64,000 nt of DNA from Rebecca billardiae RCC1528 (Eukaryota; Protista; Haptophyta): positions 496,001 to 560,000 of the forward strand of contig OZ251246.1 of NCBI GenBank assembly GCA_965240325.2, written 5' to 3'. Positions 50,802 through 62,140 of the stretch are shown here, piece after piece. A model generated the notes under the pieces. The model did no database searches, was not told the DNA's origin, and saw nothing but the letters and a program-made list of their open reading frames with translations. How positions within the stretch are numbered: the stretch's first letter is position 1; every line of letters begins with the position of its first letter. The position numbers and the translations under genes were made by a program.

Positions 50802-51872
50802 TCACCGGCAGCACGGGCACGTGGGCTGCGGGAACGCCGCCGGAGCCGCCCCGCCGACGTGCACGATGCACGTGTGCAGTCGCAGCATTCGTGTTGTCGT
50901 TTCACCTGACGACGGCGGTAGCGATGACTCAGACGCGGTGCGCACGCCTGCGGCCGAGATCGAGCATCCCGGTGGCAACACGCCCGCTCCGCCTTCGGGC
51001 TGCCCATCGTCCACCGCGGCAAGTGATGTCCGCACGTGCTGCACGACAACGTGCCTGGCACGCTCCAGCCCACGCGAGGGAGGGGGGCCGTGCTCGGCCG
51101 ATCGGGCTTGTTGCCCGCCCACCACGGCTCGGAGGGCTTGCGGGGACAGCGAAGGGCAGGGCACTGTGCCCCCAGCCGGCTGTGACGTCCGAGCGGGCTC
51201 CGTGCCGCTCGCGAGCGCTGGCGCATCGGAGGAGAGGACGAGGACGCGCCCGCCGCTCGGGGGGAGCAGCGCGAGCATCGCATCCAAGTAGGCTGCGCGC
51301 GCGTCCGCCGGGCGCGCGCTGAGCGCCCCCGCGTCGGCTGCGCGCTCAAAGCTGCCGATCGAGTGCGCGCCGACGGCGGCGCTGCAGACGCTCACGTCCG
51401 GGCAGACCAGCACGCGCGGGCCCGCGTCATCCGCCGCGAGACGCGCCTCGAGCGCCTCGATCGGCTCGAGGAGGTGCGCAACCGTGGATCGGGACACATA
51501 CCACGGAGGCTCGTAGGCCAACGTGCGCGGCCGCCACTGCGCGCGCGCGAGGCGTGGCTGCGCGTCGCACGCGGCCCGCCATGTCGACGACGGCAGGAGC
51601 ATGACGAGCTCGCAGCTCGCGCCGAGCCCGTCGTGGATACGCGTAATCAGCGCTCCGGTGCGCTCACCGTCCGACGCTTCTGCGCAGACGAGCACACGGC
51701 ACGCGTGGGGTGGTGGGTCTAGAGGCTGCGCGCCGCGCAAGGGGCCGGCACGCGGTGGCGAAGCGCTCAACCACTCCGCTAGCGCAGGGGCGGTGACGTT
51801 TGCCAGCCGAACTGCGGCCTCGTGCGCGGGCACGATCGCGTCAGCGGCAGGCGCCTTGATAGAGGCCGCCAT
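50802..51872 (-). CDS. Hypothetical protein, possibly a degenerate class I methyltransferase fold
   Basis: Long ORF with coding-like codon use. RAAYLDAMLALLPPSGGRVLVL resembles TPMT-like C-terminal strands. Confidence 0.45.
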   Translation of the reverse strand: MAASIKAPAADAIVPAHEAAVRLANVTAPALAEWLSASPPRAGPLRGAQPLDPPPHACRVLVCAEASDGERTGALITRIHDGLGASCELVMLLPSSTWRAACDAQPRLARAQWRPRTLAYEPPWYVSRSTVAHLLEPIEALEARLAADDAGPRVLVCPDVSVCSAAVGAHSIGSFERAADAGALSARPADARAAYLDAMLALLPPSGGRVLVLSSDAPALASGTEPARTSQPAGGTVPCPSLSPQALRAVVGGQQARSAEHGPPPSRGLERARHVVVQHVRTSLAAVDDGQPEGGAGVLPPGCSISAAGVRTASESSLPPSSGETTTRMLRLHTCIVHVGGAAPAAFPQPTCPCCR

Positions 51873-52038
51873 GTTTGGGCCTGCGCCTCTGATGAAGTGA
51901 TGAGCGACTGGGCCCATGCAGGGGCTGCCATGCTTGTTCAGGATTAATTAATCTGGTAGTAGTCCGGTAAGCGCACTTGATTCTGAGATTCGCCGAATCA
52001 GCGCATCGTGCATCACGATTGTGGCCCATCGACGAACG

Positions 52039-53433
52039 ATGGCGATCTGGCTGCTGATAGCGCGGGCCGCCAACCGCCCGTGGCAGCGGCGCCACGCCTC
52101 TTCCTTCTCCTTCCGAGACCTGGGCGCGTGGACCCCAGGCATAGACGTGGCAGCCGTCATAGCTATTCCCGTGGCGTGCGGCTGCCTCCTCCTAGAAGCA
52201 GCCATGCGCACGCAGCACGAGGACGCAGAGGCCGCAGCCGAGTGCGCGTGCGCCGCCACGGACGGCGTGGTGACGAGCGCTCACGTGCGCGTGCTGGAGC
52301 GCGATGGCATAGTCGTCATCGACTCGGTGCTCACCGTTGCGGAGCTCGAGCGCGCGCGCGTGGACGCGCGCGCCGTCGAACGCGAGGGTCGCCTGGACGC
52401 ATCTGGCAACGCAGCAGACGTGCGACAGGACAGCATCGCGATGCTGCGCACGGCGGACGGCACGCCCGCGGCCGCGTGCGCGGCTGATCGCGCCCACGCG
52501 CCCCTGGGACCCGGGCTGCTCCACGCGCTCGCCGTACTGCGCGGTGTGGCGAGCGCGCTCGAGGCTCGAGACTACGATGGCGGCGCGCGGACGGCTGCGG
52601 CCGACTCTGGAATTCACGAGGAGTCACAGGGCGAGCAGCGCGGGGCGGCGCCTGGGCGGGTGAGGAGGCTCGTGCCCAGGCAGCTCCAGCTGAGCCGCTA
52701 CGCCGCGGGCGAGAGCTACGCGTGCCACCTGGACGCGTGCACCGGCTCTGTCGCCGAGCTGGGCCTTCTCGAGTGGCTGCGGCTGAGTGACTACAGGGAG
52801 CGCGCCCTCACCGCCATCCTGTACCTCAACTCACCGCTCTGGGGGCAGCCGGGCGACGACGGCTCAGGGGGCTCCCTGCGCTGCCGCCGCCCTCGCGGCT
52901 GCCCAGACGCGCGCGCGGAGAACACCCACGACGGCGCCCGCGCCACCGGCGGTGGACGCGCCTCTCCCGCAACTGCATCGGAGGCATCAGCAGGCGCGCC
53001 GTCGCGAGCGGCTGCTCCAGATGGGTTGGCATCGAGATCACCATCTCGAGCGGCTGCTCCAGATGGGTTGGCATCGAGATCACCATCTCGAGCGGCTGCT
53101 CCAGATGGGTTGGCATCGAGATCACCATCTCGAGCGGCTGCTCCAGATGGGGATCTCGATGCCAGCACTGGTGTGAGCACGCGCCGATGCGGACCGGCAG
53201 CCTCGACAGCGCCTGGTGGCAGCGGCTGCAGCGCGATTGCGGGGCGGCTGCGTGAGGAGATGGAGGGGCCTGCGGCGAGTTCGCATTCGCATTCGTCAGA
53301 GTACATGGAGATTGCGCCCACCGGTGGCACGCTCGTCATCTTCGACTCGAGGGCGGTGGAGCACGAGGTCCTCCGAGTGAGCGACAACTCAGCGCACCGC
53401 TTTGCACTCACCTCGTGGATCATCGAGCGCTAG
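52039..53433 (+). CDS. 2OG-Fe(II) oxygenase (EGLN/prolyl-hydroxylase-like)
   Basis: Motifs RY..YACHLD (HxD), LTAILYLN, GGSLR, PTGGTLVIFDS, HEV, RFALTSW. Confidence 0.88.
   Translation: MAIWLLIARAANRPWQRRHASSFSFRDLGAWTPGIDVAAVIAIPVACGCLLLEAAMRTQHEDAEAAAECACAATDGVVTSAHVRVLERDGIVVIDSVLTVAELERARVDARAVEREGRLDASGNAADVRQDSIAMLRTADGTPAAACAADRAHAPLGPGLLHALAVLRGVASALEARDYDGGARTAAADSGIHEESQGEQRGAAPGRVRRLVPRQLQLSRYAAGESYACHLDACTGSVAELGLLEWLRLSDYRERALTAILYLNSPLWGQPGDDGSGGSLRCRRPRGCPDARAENTHDGARATGGGRASPATASEASAGAPSRAAAPDGLASRSPSRAAAPDGLASRSPSRAAAPDGLASRSPSRAAAPDGDLDASTGVSTRRCGPAASTAPGGSGCSAIAGRLREEMEGPAASSHSHSSEYMEIAPTGGTLVIFDSRAVEHEVLRVSDNSAHRFALTSWIIER
53002..53151. repeat. 42-bp tandem repeat (about 3.5 units) within the oxygenase
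   Basis: Units TCTCGAGCGGCTGCTCCAGATGGGTTGGCATCGAGATCACCA. Confidence 0.9.
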
Positions 53434-53864
53434 CCGCACGCGCCGGAAGGGGCCGGTGCCGACCTGCTGCCAGCCGTGCGCCGCGTGTCGCGTGCGCACA
53501 TCTCATCTGCCAGGGCCAGGGGGTCCGAGACGTGACTCCGACGTCCCTGGCCGACGAGCAGCGCCCAGCTGCATTCAGACGGACCACTTACTACTCACGC
53601 CGAGTAAGCTAGTGTATCCTGCTGGTCACCGTCACTGACGATCAGACTGCTGGGGGCTGTGTCGTACTGTCGTTGCATGCAGCATGTGTGATAATGTGCT
53701 GCTGTTCGGTGTTCCTCGTGTGTCCGCCCGACTGTAACCCGCCCCTCCTTTCCATCGTATCCGGTACAATACTGCGCACGACTGAAGTACAGTCTGTACA
53801 CGAGTGCCTTATTCCGGTTTATTTGGCCGCCTGCCCGCCTCGGCCCTCGGGCGAATCGGCGCTC

Positions 53865-54929
53865 ATGCGCACGGTCGTCGTGTCGCTGCTCGTCGCGCTG
53901 GGCGCCAGCGTGGGCGACGCGTACCGGGTCCTCGTCGTCGGCAGCTCGGGGAAGCTGGGCAAGCACGTCGTGCACCAGCTGCGCGCGCAGGGCATCGCGC
54001 ACCGCGTGCTTGTGCGCACGCCGCCCAGCGTGCCGGCCGCGTCGCCTCTCACGGAGGTAGCGGTTGGCTCGCTCGCGGATCAGGCGAGCTTGGACGCGGC
54101 GCTCGAGGGGTGCGACGCGTGCATCGCCGTGAGCGGCGCCACGCGCTTCACGCGCGTGCGCGACGTCCTCACCGGCCGCCTCTTCCGCACGCACCCGCCA
54201 CCGGACGAGCCGGAGCACCCGGCGTGTGTCAACTATGAGGGCATTCGAAATCTGGCGCGCGCAGCGGGCGAGAGCGCAGCGTGCACGAAGCTCGTGCGCG
54301 TGACGGGGCTGACGCTCGGCCTCTCCGCGTTCTCGCCCGTCTCGCTGCTCTTCAACACCCTGCTCTCGCTCTCGGGCCGCTGGCACGCGCTCGGCGAGGC
54401 CGCGATCCGAGACGCGGGCGTCGACTACTCAATCGTTCGGCCGGGCGGGCTGATGGGCGGTGAGCCCGGCGAGCCCGGGCCGCTCCGGGAAGGGCGGGCG
54501 CGGCTGCTCGGCCCGCGCCTCGCGCCGCCCGGCCGCATCTCGCGCGAGGACGTCGCGTCGCTCTGCGTCCAGTGCCTCACGCACCCGGGCGCGTCGAACG
54601 CAACATTCTCGTGCGCGTGGTCGAAACAAAAGCCGGCGGGCGGCAATAAGCAAAAAAGGGCGGCGGCAGGGGCGGCCGCGGTGGAGGAGGCGACGGGGGC
54701 GTGGTCGCTGCTGCTCGCGGGCACGCGCCCCGACGCGAGAGGCGCGTGGCCCGCCCCGCGCCACCGCCTCGCCGTCGCCTCCCTCCTCGCGGCCGCGCTC
54801 GCCGCGTGCCTCACCGTGGTTGCCAAGGCGGCGTCGGCGCTGCTCGGCGTTGCGCTCACCACCGCCATGCGATTTCTCCCCGCGATTCCGCTCGGTCTCT
54901 TCATCGCCTCGCGCACGATCGGCGACTGA
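53865..54929 (+). CDS. NAD(P)-binding Rossmann-fold protein (atypical SDR, NAD_binding_10-like)
   Basis: Motifs VLVVGSSGKLG, VNYEGIRNL, YSIVRPGGL, ISREDVA. Signal peptide and C-terminal hydrophobic segments. Confidence 0.85.
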   Translation: MRTVVVSLLVALGASVGDAYRVLVVGSSGKLGKHVVHQLRAQGIAHRVLVRTPPSVPAASPLTEVAVGSLADQASLDAALEGCDACIAVSGATRFTRVRDVLTGRLFRTHPPPDEPEHPACVNYEGIRNLARAAGESAACTKLVRVTGLTLGLSAFSPVSLLFNTLLSLSGRWHALGEAAIRDAGVDYSIVRPGGLMGGEPGEPGPLREGRARLLGPRLAPPGRISREDVASLCVQCLTHPGASNATFSCAWSKQKPAGGNKQKRAAAGAAAVEEATGAWSLLLAGTRPDARGAWPAPRHRLAVASLLAAALAACLTVVAKAASALLGVALTTAMRFLPAIPLGLFIASRTIGD

Positions 54930-55277
54930 CGCGCGCGGGGCGCACCGAATGGGGCGGGGCGCATGGGAGGGCGAAGGCCCGACGCACGCAATCGTCGCGC
55001 GATCTGAGGGGCGCCGCCGCGAGATGTTGCCTCAGGGGCGGTGCCGGCGTGCGCAGAGGGCGATGCCGAGCCCGATGTCGACGCGTCACTGATGAGACTC
55101 TATCTTGCTAACTGAATTACCGCGATCAGCACTTGACGACAGTCACAGCAATATCATCGAATACCATCATATGACTGACTAGTATATCGATATATCAACG
55201 TATTAATGTATTATTAGTTTAATAATAATATATATATAATTGATAATATTAATTTAATATATATCGTATATATATAT

Positions 55278-55338
55278 CTCGATCTGCCGCTACAGCTTGC
55301 TGACTCTGACGCCTGCCCGTTGCATACCACGTCGTTAA
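55278..55338 (+). mobile_element. 61-nt 3' fragment of the ...CCACGTCGTTAA retroelement family
   Basis: Nearly identical to the reverse complement of 26276-26339. Begins directly after a TA run. Confidence 0.65.
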
Positions 55339-55396
55339 TGATACGCGACGACTAGTAACTAGTACGTGGCGCGATCGATGATTTATTATAATATTA

Positions 55397-56248
55397 GACC
55401 AGTTGCACGCGTGAGCGCCGAAAAAACGACACTTTGGCAGTGATAGTCACCGTCGCCGCCTCGGGCATGCCGCTGCCGCCGGCAGCAGCGGCAGCGGGAG
55501 CGTGGCAGCGGATCTACCACCTTCTGCGTTACACGCTGCGTCGTGCGCGCCAGGTGGCAGGTGTCCCCTGTCTGCCGCGCGGAAGGCAGCGGTCGGCGAG
55601 CGCAGAGGTGAGAAGGAAGGCGCGCACGGCATCGTGAGAGCTTCAGCAGCTTGCCCACGCGCTTCACGTAGGCGGTGTGGTTGCGTGCGCACGCCTTCTG
55701 TACCCGTACACGCGATCGCAGCGTGAGCCACTTCAGCCTGCCTGCGCATCGCGGGCCGAGCCGCCGGCGCCTCGTCTCCTGAATCCTCGTTCACGAGGAC
55801 AGCACGTGTATGTATCCGTGGCGCGCTCGCTGCCGATGGCGGCTCCCCGTGTCGAGGGCGTTTGGCTGGAGCCGCATCCAGGGCATATATCGCCACGGTC
55901 CCACCCGATGCTGACGCTGAGGTGGCGCGCTTGCCGAAGGCAGCAGCATTGGCTGATGCCTTCTGCATTGGCCACCTCTCCTCTGCGCGACCGCGCGTTC
56001 ACGCTGCCGGCGCGCGGGCGGCGTCGCTTGGTGGGCACCTGCCTTGGGTTTTGTCGTTCGTTCTCAGCGACGGTTGGGTCGATTGACATGCCGATTGGAT
56101 TGGGGCATTGCGAATCGGCTTCGCAATGCCCCATTCCGCTCGGATCGGCGCGGGCGTCAGCCATGCGGCAGCGCGAGTGACAAAACCGACATTTCATACG
56201 CATGTCGTTTTTTCATACGCTCACGGTTACTCACCCGTGCAACGGGTC
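55397..56248. mobile_element. Non-autonomous TIR element, 852 bp, with 4-bp ATTA TSD
   Basis: Left end GACCAGTTGCACGCGTGAG..GAAAAAACGACA. Right end (reverse complement) GACCCGTTGCACGGGTGAG..GAAAAAACGACA. ATTA lies on both outer sides. Confidence 0.8.
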
Positions 56249-56379
56249 ATTAGCATCAGCAGCAAGCCGTATAGCGGCGGTAGTGGCCCTGCGCCCGCTG
56301 CGGCCTGGGCCCTGGCGCAGCGCAACGTAATAAGGTCATCTGCCATCACGACGCGGGCGCCCAATCATCAAGGAACCAG

Positions 56380-58640
56380 TCAGTCGAGCGACGCCATGAC
56401 TGAGAGCGACACGGGCGTCCTCGCCGTGAGCAGCGAGTACGCCGAGCGGAAGATGCCCTGCAGCATTTGCGTCGAGGTGACGACATGCGTCACATTCACC
56501 ACCGTCCCATCCTCAGGTGCCTCTGCGAGCGGGTCCTGCGACCGATCGATCGATGCGCGGCGCGGGCGCACGCGCCGTGGTGAGGCGTGAGTGTCGCGAG
56601 CGCGAGAGCGTGCCTCAGCACGCGCACGGGCCGCGCGCAACGCGCACGCCGGCCGGCACGGCCCGCCGCCTCCTCCTGCTGCTGCTGCCTCGCCGCCTCG
56701 TCCTTCCGCCCCTCTCCGCCCAACACACACACGCGCACACAGACACGCGCACACGCCTCGTGCAGGCGTGCGCGCACACACGCGCACGCGCTCTCGCGCG
56801 CTCCGCATACCTCGACGAGCAGCGGCGCTGCAAAGTCGCCCAGGTTGAGCCGGTCGAAGAACTCGCCGCGCTTGAGCGAGATGCCGTACTTTGCGTAGTC
56901 GAACTCGAAGCCGAAGACGAAGAGGAACTCGCAGAGCAGAACCGACAGCGGCGTCGCGTGCAAGGCGTCAGAGCCAGATTCAATCTCCCGGACTCGCAGC
57001 ATGGTGCCCACCATCATGACGAGGCCGTGCGAGGAGAGCCCGCCGATGAACGGCTCGTGGTAGTGCGCGCGGCGCAGCAGCGCCTTCAGGATGAGCACGA
57101 GCGGGCGGAGCGGCGCGTACTGCCCGATCAGGTCCCGAACGTACGCTGAAGCGATTTCGCCAGAGTGCTGCAGCGGCGCCGAGCCGGGCCGGTGCAGCAG
57201 CGCCGGCCCGGCGGTGATGTCCGCCGTGAGGCCGCTCGCGTGGTCGACGAACGTGCAGCGCGGGATGAGCGCGTCGATGAACTTGATCTCTGCGGGGAGT
57301 CCGGGGGAGTCCGGGTGGCGCGCCGCCACACGCACACGTCAGCCACATGAGCGGTGGGTGTGTGGGAGGATTCACAGGGCACGCGCGCGCAGAGGGGCGG
57401 CGGGGCGGCGGGGCGTGCGGGGCGGCGGGGCGAGGGCGTGCACGCGGGCACGCGCGTGCGCACGCACCCGGGTGGTCCACGCGCAGCAGCTCGACCAGCC
57501 TCATGATCACCGCGCGCGCGCCGCCCGCGCGCTGCTCCGCCTCCGTCAGTTCGCCCTGCAGCACGAGATCGACATCTGAGGATGCGAGTGAGAGGCGCGT
57601 CGCCCTCGAGCCGAAGAGCACGACCTGCCCGGAGGTGAGCAGCGCGCCCTCGGCGCTCGGCTCGTCGCCCTCGCCGCCCTCCGCCGCGCGCGGTCCCCTC
57701 AGGTGCTTGTTCACCTGCGGCCGCGCCGAAGCGGGGCGCGGCGCGGCGCGCGCGGCCGTCAGCGCGCGATGTGACGGCCGTGGCGGCGCCGCGCGCCGCG
57801 CGCGCCAAGTGCACGCACACGCGCGCACGCGCGCGCGCGCACGCGCGGCGCGTGCGCGCACGCGGCGCACGCCGCCATGCCGCGCGCGCGCAGCACGCCG
57901 CGCCGCACCTTGTCGATGAGCGCCTGCACGGGCTCGTGTTGCCTCTCGCACGCGCTCGACTGCTCCGCGACAAAGGCGAGCACGTCGCTGTCGAGCGCGT
58001 CGGTGCCGGCGGCGGCGCGCTCGGCGATGGCGCGGACCATCGTGTCGTGCTTGTCGCGCAGCTTCTGCACGTGCTCGCGCATGTACTGCCGCTGCCGGTC
58101 CGTGTTGCGCGTCGGGTGGTCACGCTCAGCCAGAAGCTTCTCGAGCTGCAGCCTCAGCCGCTGCGCGTCGGCTGTCGCCTGCCGCAGCTTGAAGGCCTGC
58201 TGGCGCTCGACCTGCTCGCGGCGCGCGCCCTCCTGCTCGAGGGTGTACAGCTCCGCCGTGAGCGTCAGGTGCTCCACCGACCGCGCCGTCGGCGGCAGCG
58301 CGCCGTTCAGCTTGCCCGCGTACGACGGAACGCGCGCGAGCCGCTGATAGCGCGAGCCGCGCGGCTCCTGCGTCGCGAGCGCGGAGACGTCGATCCCGCT
58401 GCCGAGGAGCGCGTTCGAGCCCATCCCCTTCTTGCCGATGAGGTCGTTCAGCCCCATCGAGAGCTTCACCTCCACCGGCTCGGCGAGGAAGGGCGAGGGC
58501 GTCGGGTGCGTGATCGATCGCCGGCCGGAGACAGCCGAGCCGTTCTGCGGCTGGCCGCGGCCGGCGCGCGGCAGCTGGCGGGGGAAGCCGAACGCCGCGT
58601 CGCCCATGTCGTCCCATACCGCCGCGTGCCGCATGGTCAT
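56380..58640 (-). CDS. TRF4/PAPD5-like non-canonical poly(A) polymerase / terminal nucleotidyltransferase
   Basis: Exons 58640-57909, 57714-57468, 57289-56811, 56535-56380. Motifs FGS...SSDVDL, ADIT, LRPLVLILK, GGLSSH, FGFEFDY, VEDP. Confidence 0.88.
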
Positions 58641-58885
58641 CGCCGGCCCGCTCTCGCGCGCGTGTGCCCCGCTGCGTCGGCGCGGGAGCAGATCCCACCG
58701 CGTGAGCCCACCGGCGCCGCGCTTGCCTCTGCACGTGCTCGGCCTGGTCGATCGGCGCGCTTGTGGCGGATCCAAGCCTTTTTTAATTGCGGATTGGCCG
58801 CCCCTTTTTCGGAGCTCGCATTTTCCGCCCGAAATCGAAACTCGCCGGCCGCCGAGCGCCTCCCCGCGGGAAGGGGCCGACGACG

Positions 58886-61800
58886 ATGCGCCGCGGGCGC
58901 GCCGCGTCGCTGGCAGCCGCGGTGGTACTGGCGAGCGTGGTCGCGGTGGACGGGAGCTGCGCCTCTTCCTCGCTCACCTTCGCCGTGCGCATCGGCGCGC
59001 ACCTGCCTGGCGCGGCCGAGGCCGCACACGTTCGGCTCTCGCGCACGCTCGCGCAAGCGCGCGACCTGCTGGGCAGCGCAGCGCTGATCGTCGCGGACCA
59101 GAGCGCGAACGTCACCGCGTCCGCGGCGATCAAGATCGCCGCCGAGACCTACATCGCCACCGTCCTCCCGATCCCGCCCAGCCACACCGACGCGCGCGTG
59201 CTCAACTCGCTCGTCTCTCACTCCAGCACCGAGCTCATCCTCTTCACCGAGGACTCGGACGAGCTCGACGCGCTGACGGACGTGCGCGCGATGTGCGCGG
59301 CGTTCCGCGACGACCCGGACCTCGACGTGCTCGGCGGCTCGTACCGCGACGCCGCGCAACAGTGCGCGCGCGCGCGCGCGCGCGCGCCCCGCGCACCCGC
59401 GCGTGTGCTGGCCGCACGCGCGCGGTGCCGCCCCCTGAGCCGCCATGCTGATTTTGTCCGGCGCGGCCCGGCGCGCGCCCCCCGCGGCCGGCGCGTCGGC
59501 GCAGGCCGATCGATCCGCTCGCCTGGCGCTACGTCGAGCCGCGCGGCCAGGCGGGCGTGCTCGAGGCGGTGCCGATCGCGCGCGCGCGCGCCGCGCTGCG
59601 CGCGCGCGGCTCGATTGCGTGTGACCGCACCCCGCCTTTCCTGATGGCCCGGCTGCGCGCGCTGCGTGCGCACCCGTTCGACGAGCGCACGCGCGGGCTG
59701 AACGTGCACGAGGCGTTCTTCCTGCAGCTGCGCATGCACGGCCGGCGCGTGCGCATGAGCAACGTGACCATCGGCAGCGCGCGCGCGCATGCGCGCTCGC
59801 CATTGCCGCGGTCGTCGCAGCAGCAGCTGCAGCCGCGACAGCCGCCGCCGCAGCCGCAGCAGCCCGGGTCGAGCGCAGTGGCGCTGGACAGGGGGTCCCC
59901 GCCCGCGTGGCACCCGCTCTCGCTGAGCCCGTTCTCGCGCCTCGCGCGGCTGCTCAACGCGACGGCCGCCACGATGCAGTACGTGTGCAAGGACTTCCCC
60001 CGACTGCGTGAGCTGCGGACGCCATTTTGCCGTTACGACTGTTACGCCGAGGGCATGTGCGCGCCGACGCCGCGCGCCGTCACGGCGTGGACGGCGCTGC
60101 ACCACGCGGCCGCGGAGGGGGACGGGCGCGCGCGCGCGATCGCGCTCGAGCGCGTGCGCGAGCAGCACGGCGCCGATCCCGCCCCCGCCGATCCCGACGG
60201 CGCGGACGCGCCGCCGCTGCCGCTGGGGTTTGGACCGTCTGCGCTCCGGTGTGGACGCATGCAGTGGAGCAGGGACGACACCTCGCACGCGCCGCGCGGG
60301 CTCGGCACGCTCGGGCGCAGCCCGGCGAAGGCGGCGGCGTCCGAGCACGCGCCGCCGCCGCGCGTGCCCCTCCTCGTCCTCGCGACCACCGCGCTCGACT
60401 CGACCAGCGGCCGGCAGCACCGGTCCGCACTCCGCCACTCGTGGCTCTCCATGGGTTGGTGTGACGCTCGAGGCGCGCCGATTGGCTGGGAGGCGTTGTT
60501 CGTCACGACGATCGACGAGCGAGTGACCGCGGCCGCGCTCGGCTCGGCGGGCGGCAAGGGTGGCGAGGCCGCCGGGCCGGCGCCGCGCCGCCGCGCGCTG
60601 CGCTGGGCCGCCGCGCCGTCGGAGGACGACGACCGCGACGGCGGCGGCGGCGGCGGCGCGGCGGCCGTGCCGTCAGCATGGCCGCCGCGCGCGGCCGCCG
60701 AGCTTGCCAGCAGGCAGTGGGCGTTGTACGGCGACCTGCTCTACCTGCACGCGCGCGAGGACGACGAGGCGGGCGCGGCGCGTGGCTCGAGCACGCGCTC
60801 GGGCGGCGGCGGCGGCGCGTACGCCTCAGATCGCTCCAGCTCGGGCGGCACGGAGGGGGCCGACCCGCGCGCCGCGCTGCGTGCCCTGCGCTGGGCGGCG
60901 CGGCACGTGGGATTTGATTATCTGCTGCGCACCTTCGACTCGTCCTTCGTCGACGTGTCTCGGATGTGGCGCTACGCGACGGTGGCCGCGCCGGTGGTGG
61001 CGGAGGGCGCCGAGCTCGCGCTGCTGTACGCCGGCGCGATCGCGCACGGCGTGCAGCCCGCGCGCTCCGCGCGTGAGGCCTCGGAAGGCGCCGGTGCCGA
61101 CGACGACGGCTCCGCCCCGCGGCCAATCGTCTCGCGGCGCGCCTTTTCCGAGCCCGTGCTCCCGGACTTTGCCAAAGGGTCCGGGTACCTCCTCTCGGCC
61201 CCCGCCGCGCGCGCGCTGCTGGGCGCGCACGACACGGACGAGCGGCCGATGGTCCGGTACGAGGACGTCTACGTCGGTGCGTGTGTGTGCGTGTGTGTGC
61301 GTGTGCGTGCGCGTGTTGCGTGTGCACGTGTGTGCGTGTGTGCGTGTGTGTGTGCACGTGTGTGCGTGTGTGCGTGTGTGTGTGCACGTGTGTGCGTGTG
61401 CACGTGTGTGCGTGTGTGCGTGTGTGCGTGTGCGCGTGCGCGGCAGGCTGCCGCGCTGCCGCCGCTTGCGCCACCTTAGCGGCGCCGGACGCGGCCCTTC
61501 TCTGGGGCCCTATCTCCGGCCGGACTTTCTTCCGGCCGGACTTTCGTCCTGCCTCCGGACCGCAGGCGCGCATCGGCGTCTCCGGCGCGTGCTGACGCGG
61601 CGCGCCGCCTGCGTCACTCCACCGCCGTGCGCGCGCGCGCGCCGTGCCCGCCGCACCGGCAGGCCTCCTGGCGGCGACAGCGGGCGTGCCGGCGCGTCAG
61701 ATGCCCGGACTGATCGCGCTGCCCGCGCGCTCCAAGCTGTCCGGATTCTCGGCGTCCGGCTGGGAGGCCATGGTGCACAGGCTGCCGGCGCACAAGCTGC

Positions 61801-61892
61801 CAATCTCTCACGCGGACGACGCGTGTGCTCCGGCTGCGCTGCCCGGCGCAGTGGAGCTTTCATCTGGCGAGGGCCGGGACCCCGTCGGCTGA
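58886..61892 (+). CDS. Two-domain glycosyltransferase: GT2/GT12-like N-terminal domain plus GT31 (galactosyltransferase) domain
   Basis: Exons 58886-59361, 59505-61276, 61663-61892. GT31 motifs [35 protein letters not shown]. Confidence 0.75.
61277..61440. repeat. (GT/GC)n alternating purine-pyrimidine microsatellite in an intron
   Basis: Directly visible. Confidence 0.9.
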
Positions 61893-62140
61893 CTCGGTCA
61901 TGCACGCAGCACACAGTACAATAGCCAATAGGCGGTGCCACAGACCGGCGCCATGCAGTCTGACTGTCAAAAGGAAGCCATGCAGGCTTCACAGCGTCAG
62001 CGGTCTCGATCTCATGAGTTAGCGGGCCCGGACCAGCCGGAGCGGGGCGGCGGATAGCCGGACACTTTACCAGGTGGCGTCCGGAATGAAATCGGTCCGG
62101 GAGCCCTGTCCGCGTAGCCAAGGCGTGCTGCTCGGGAGCG

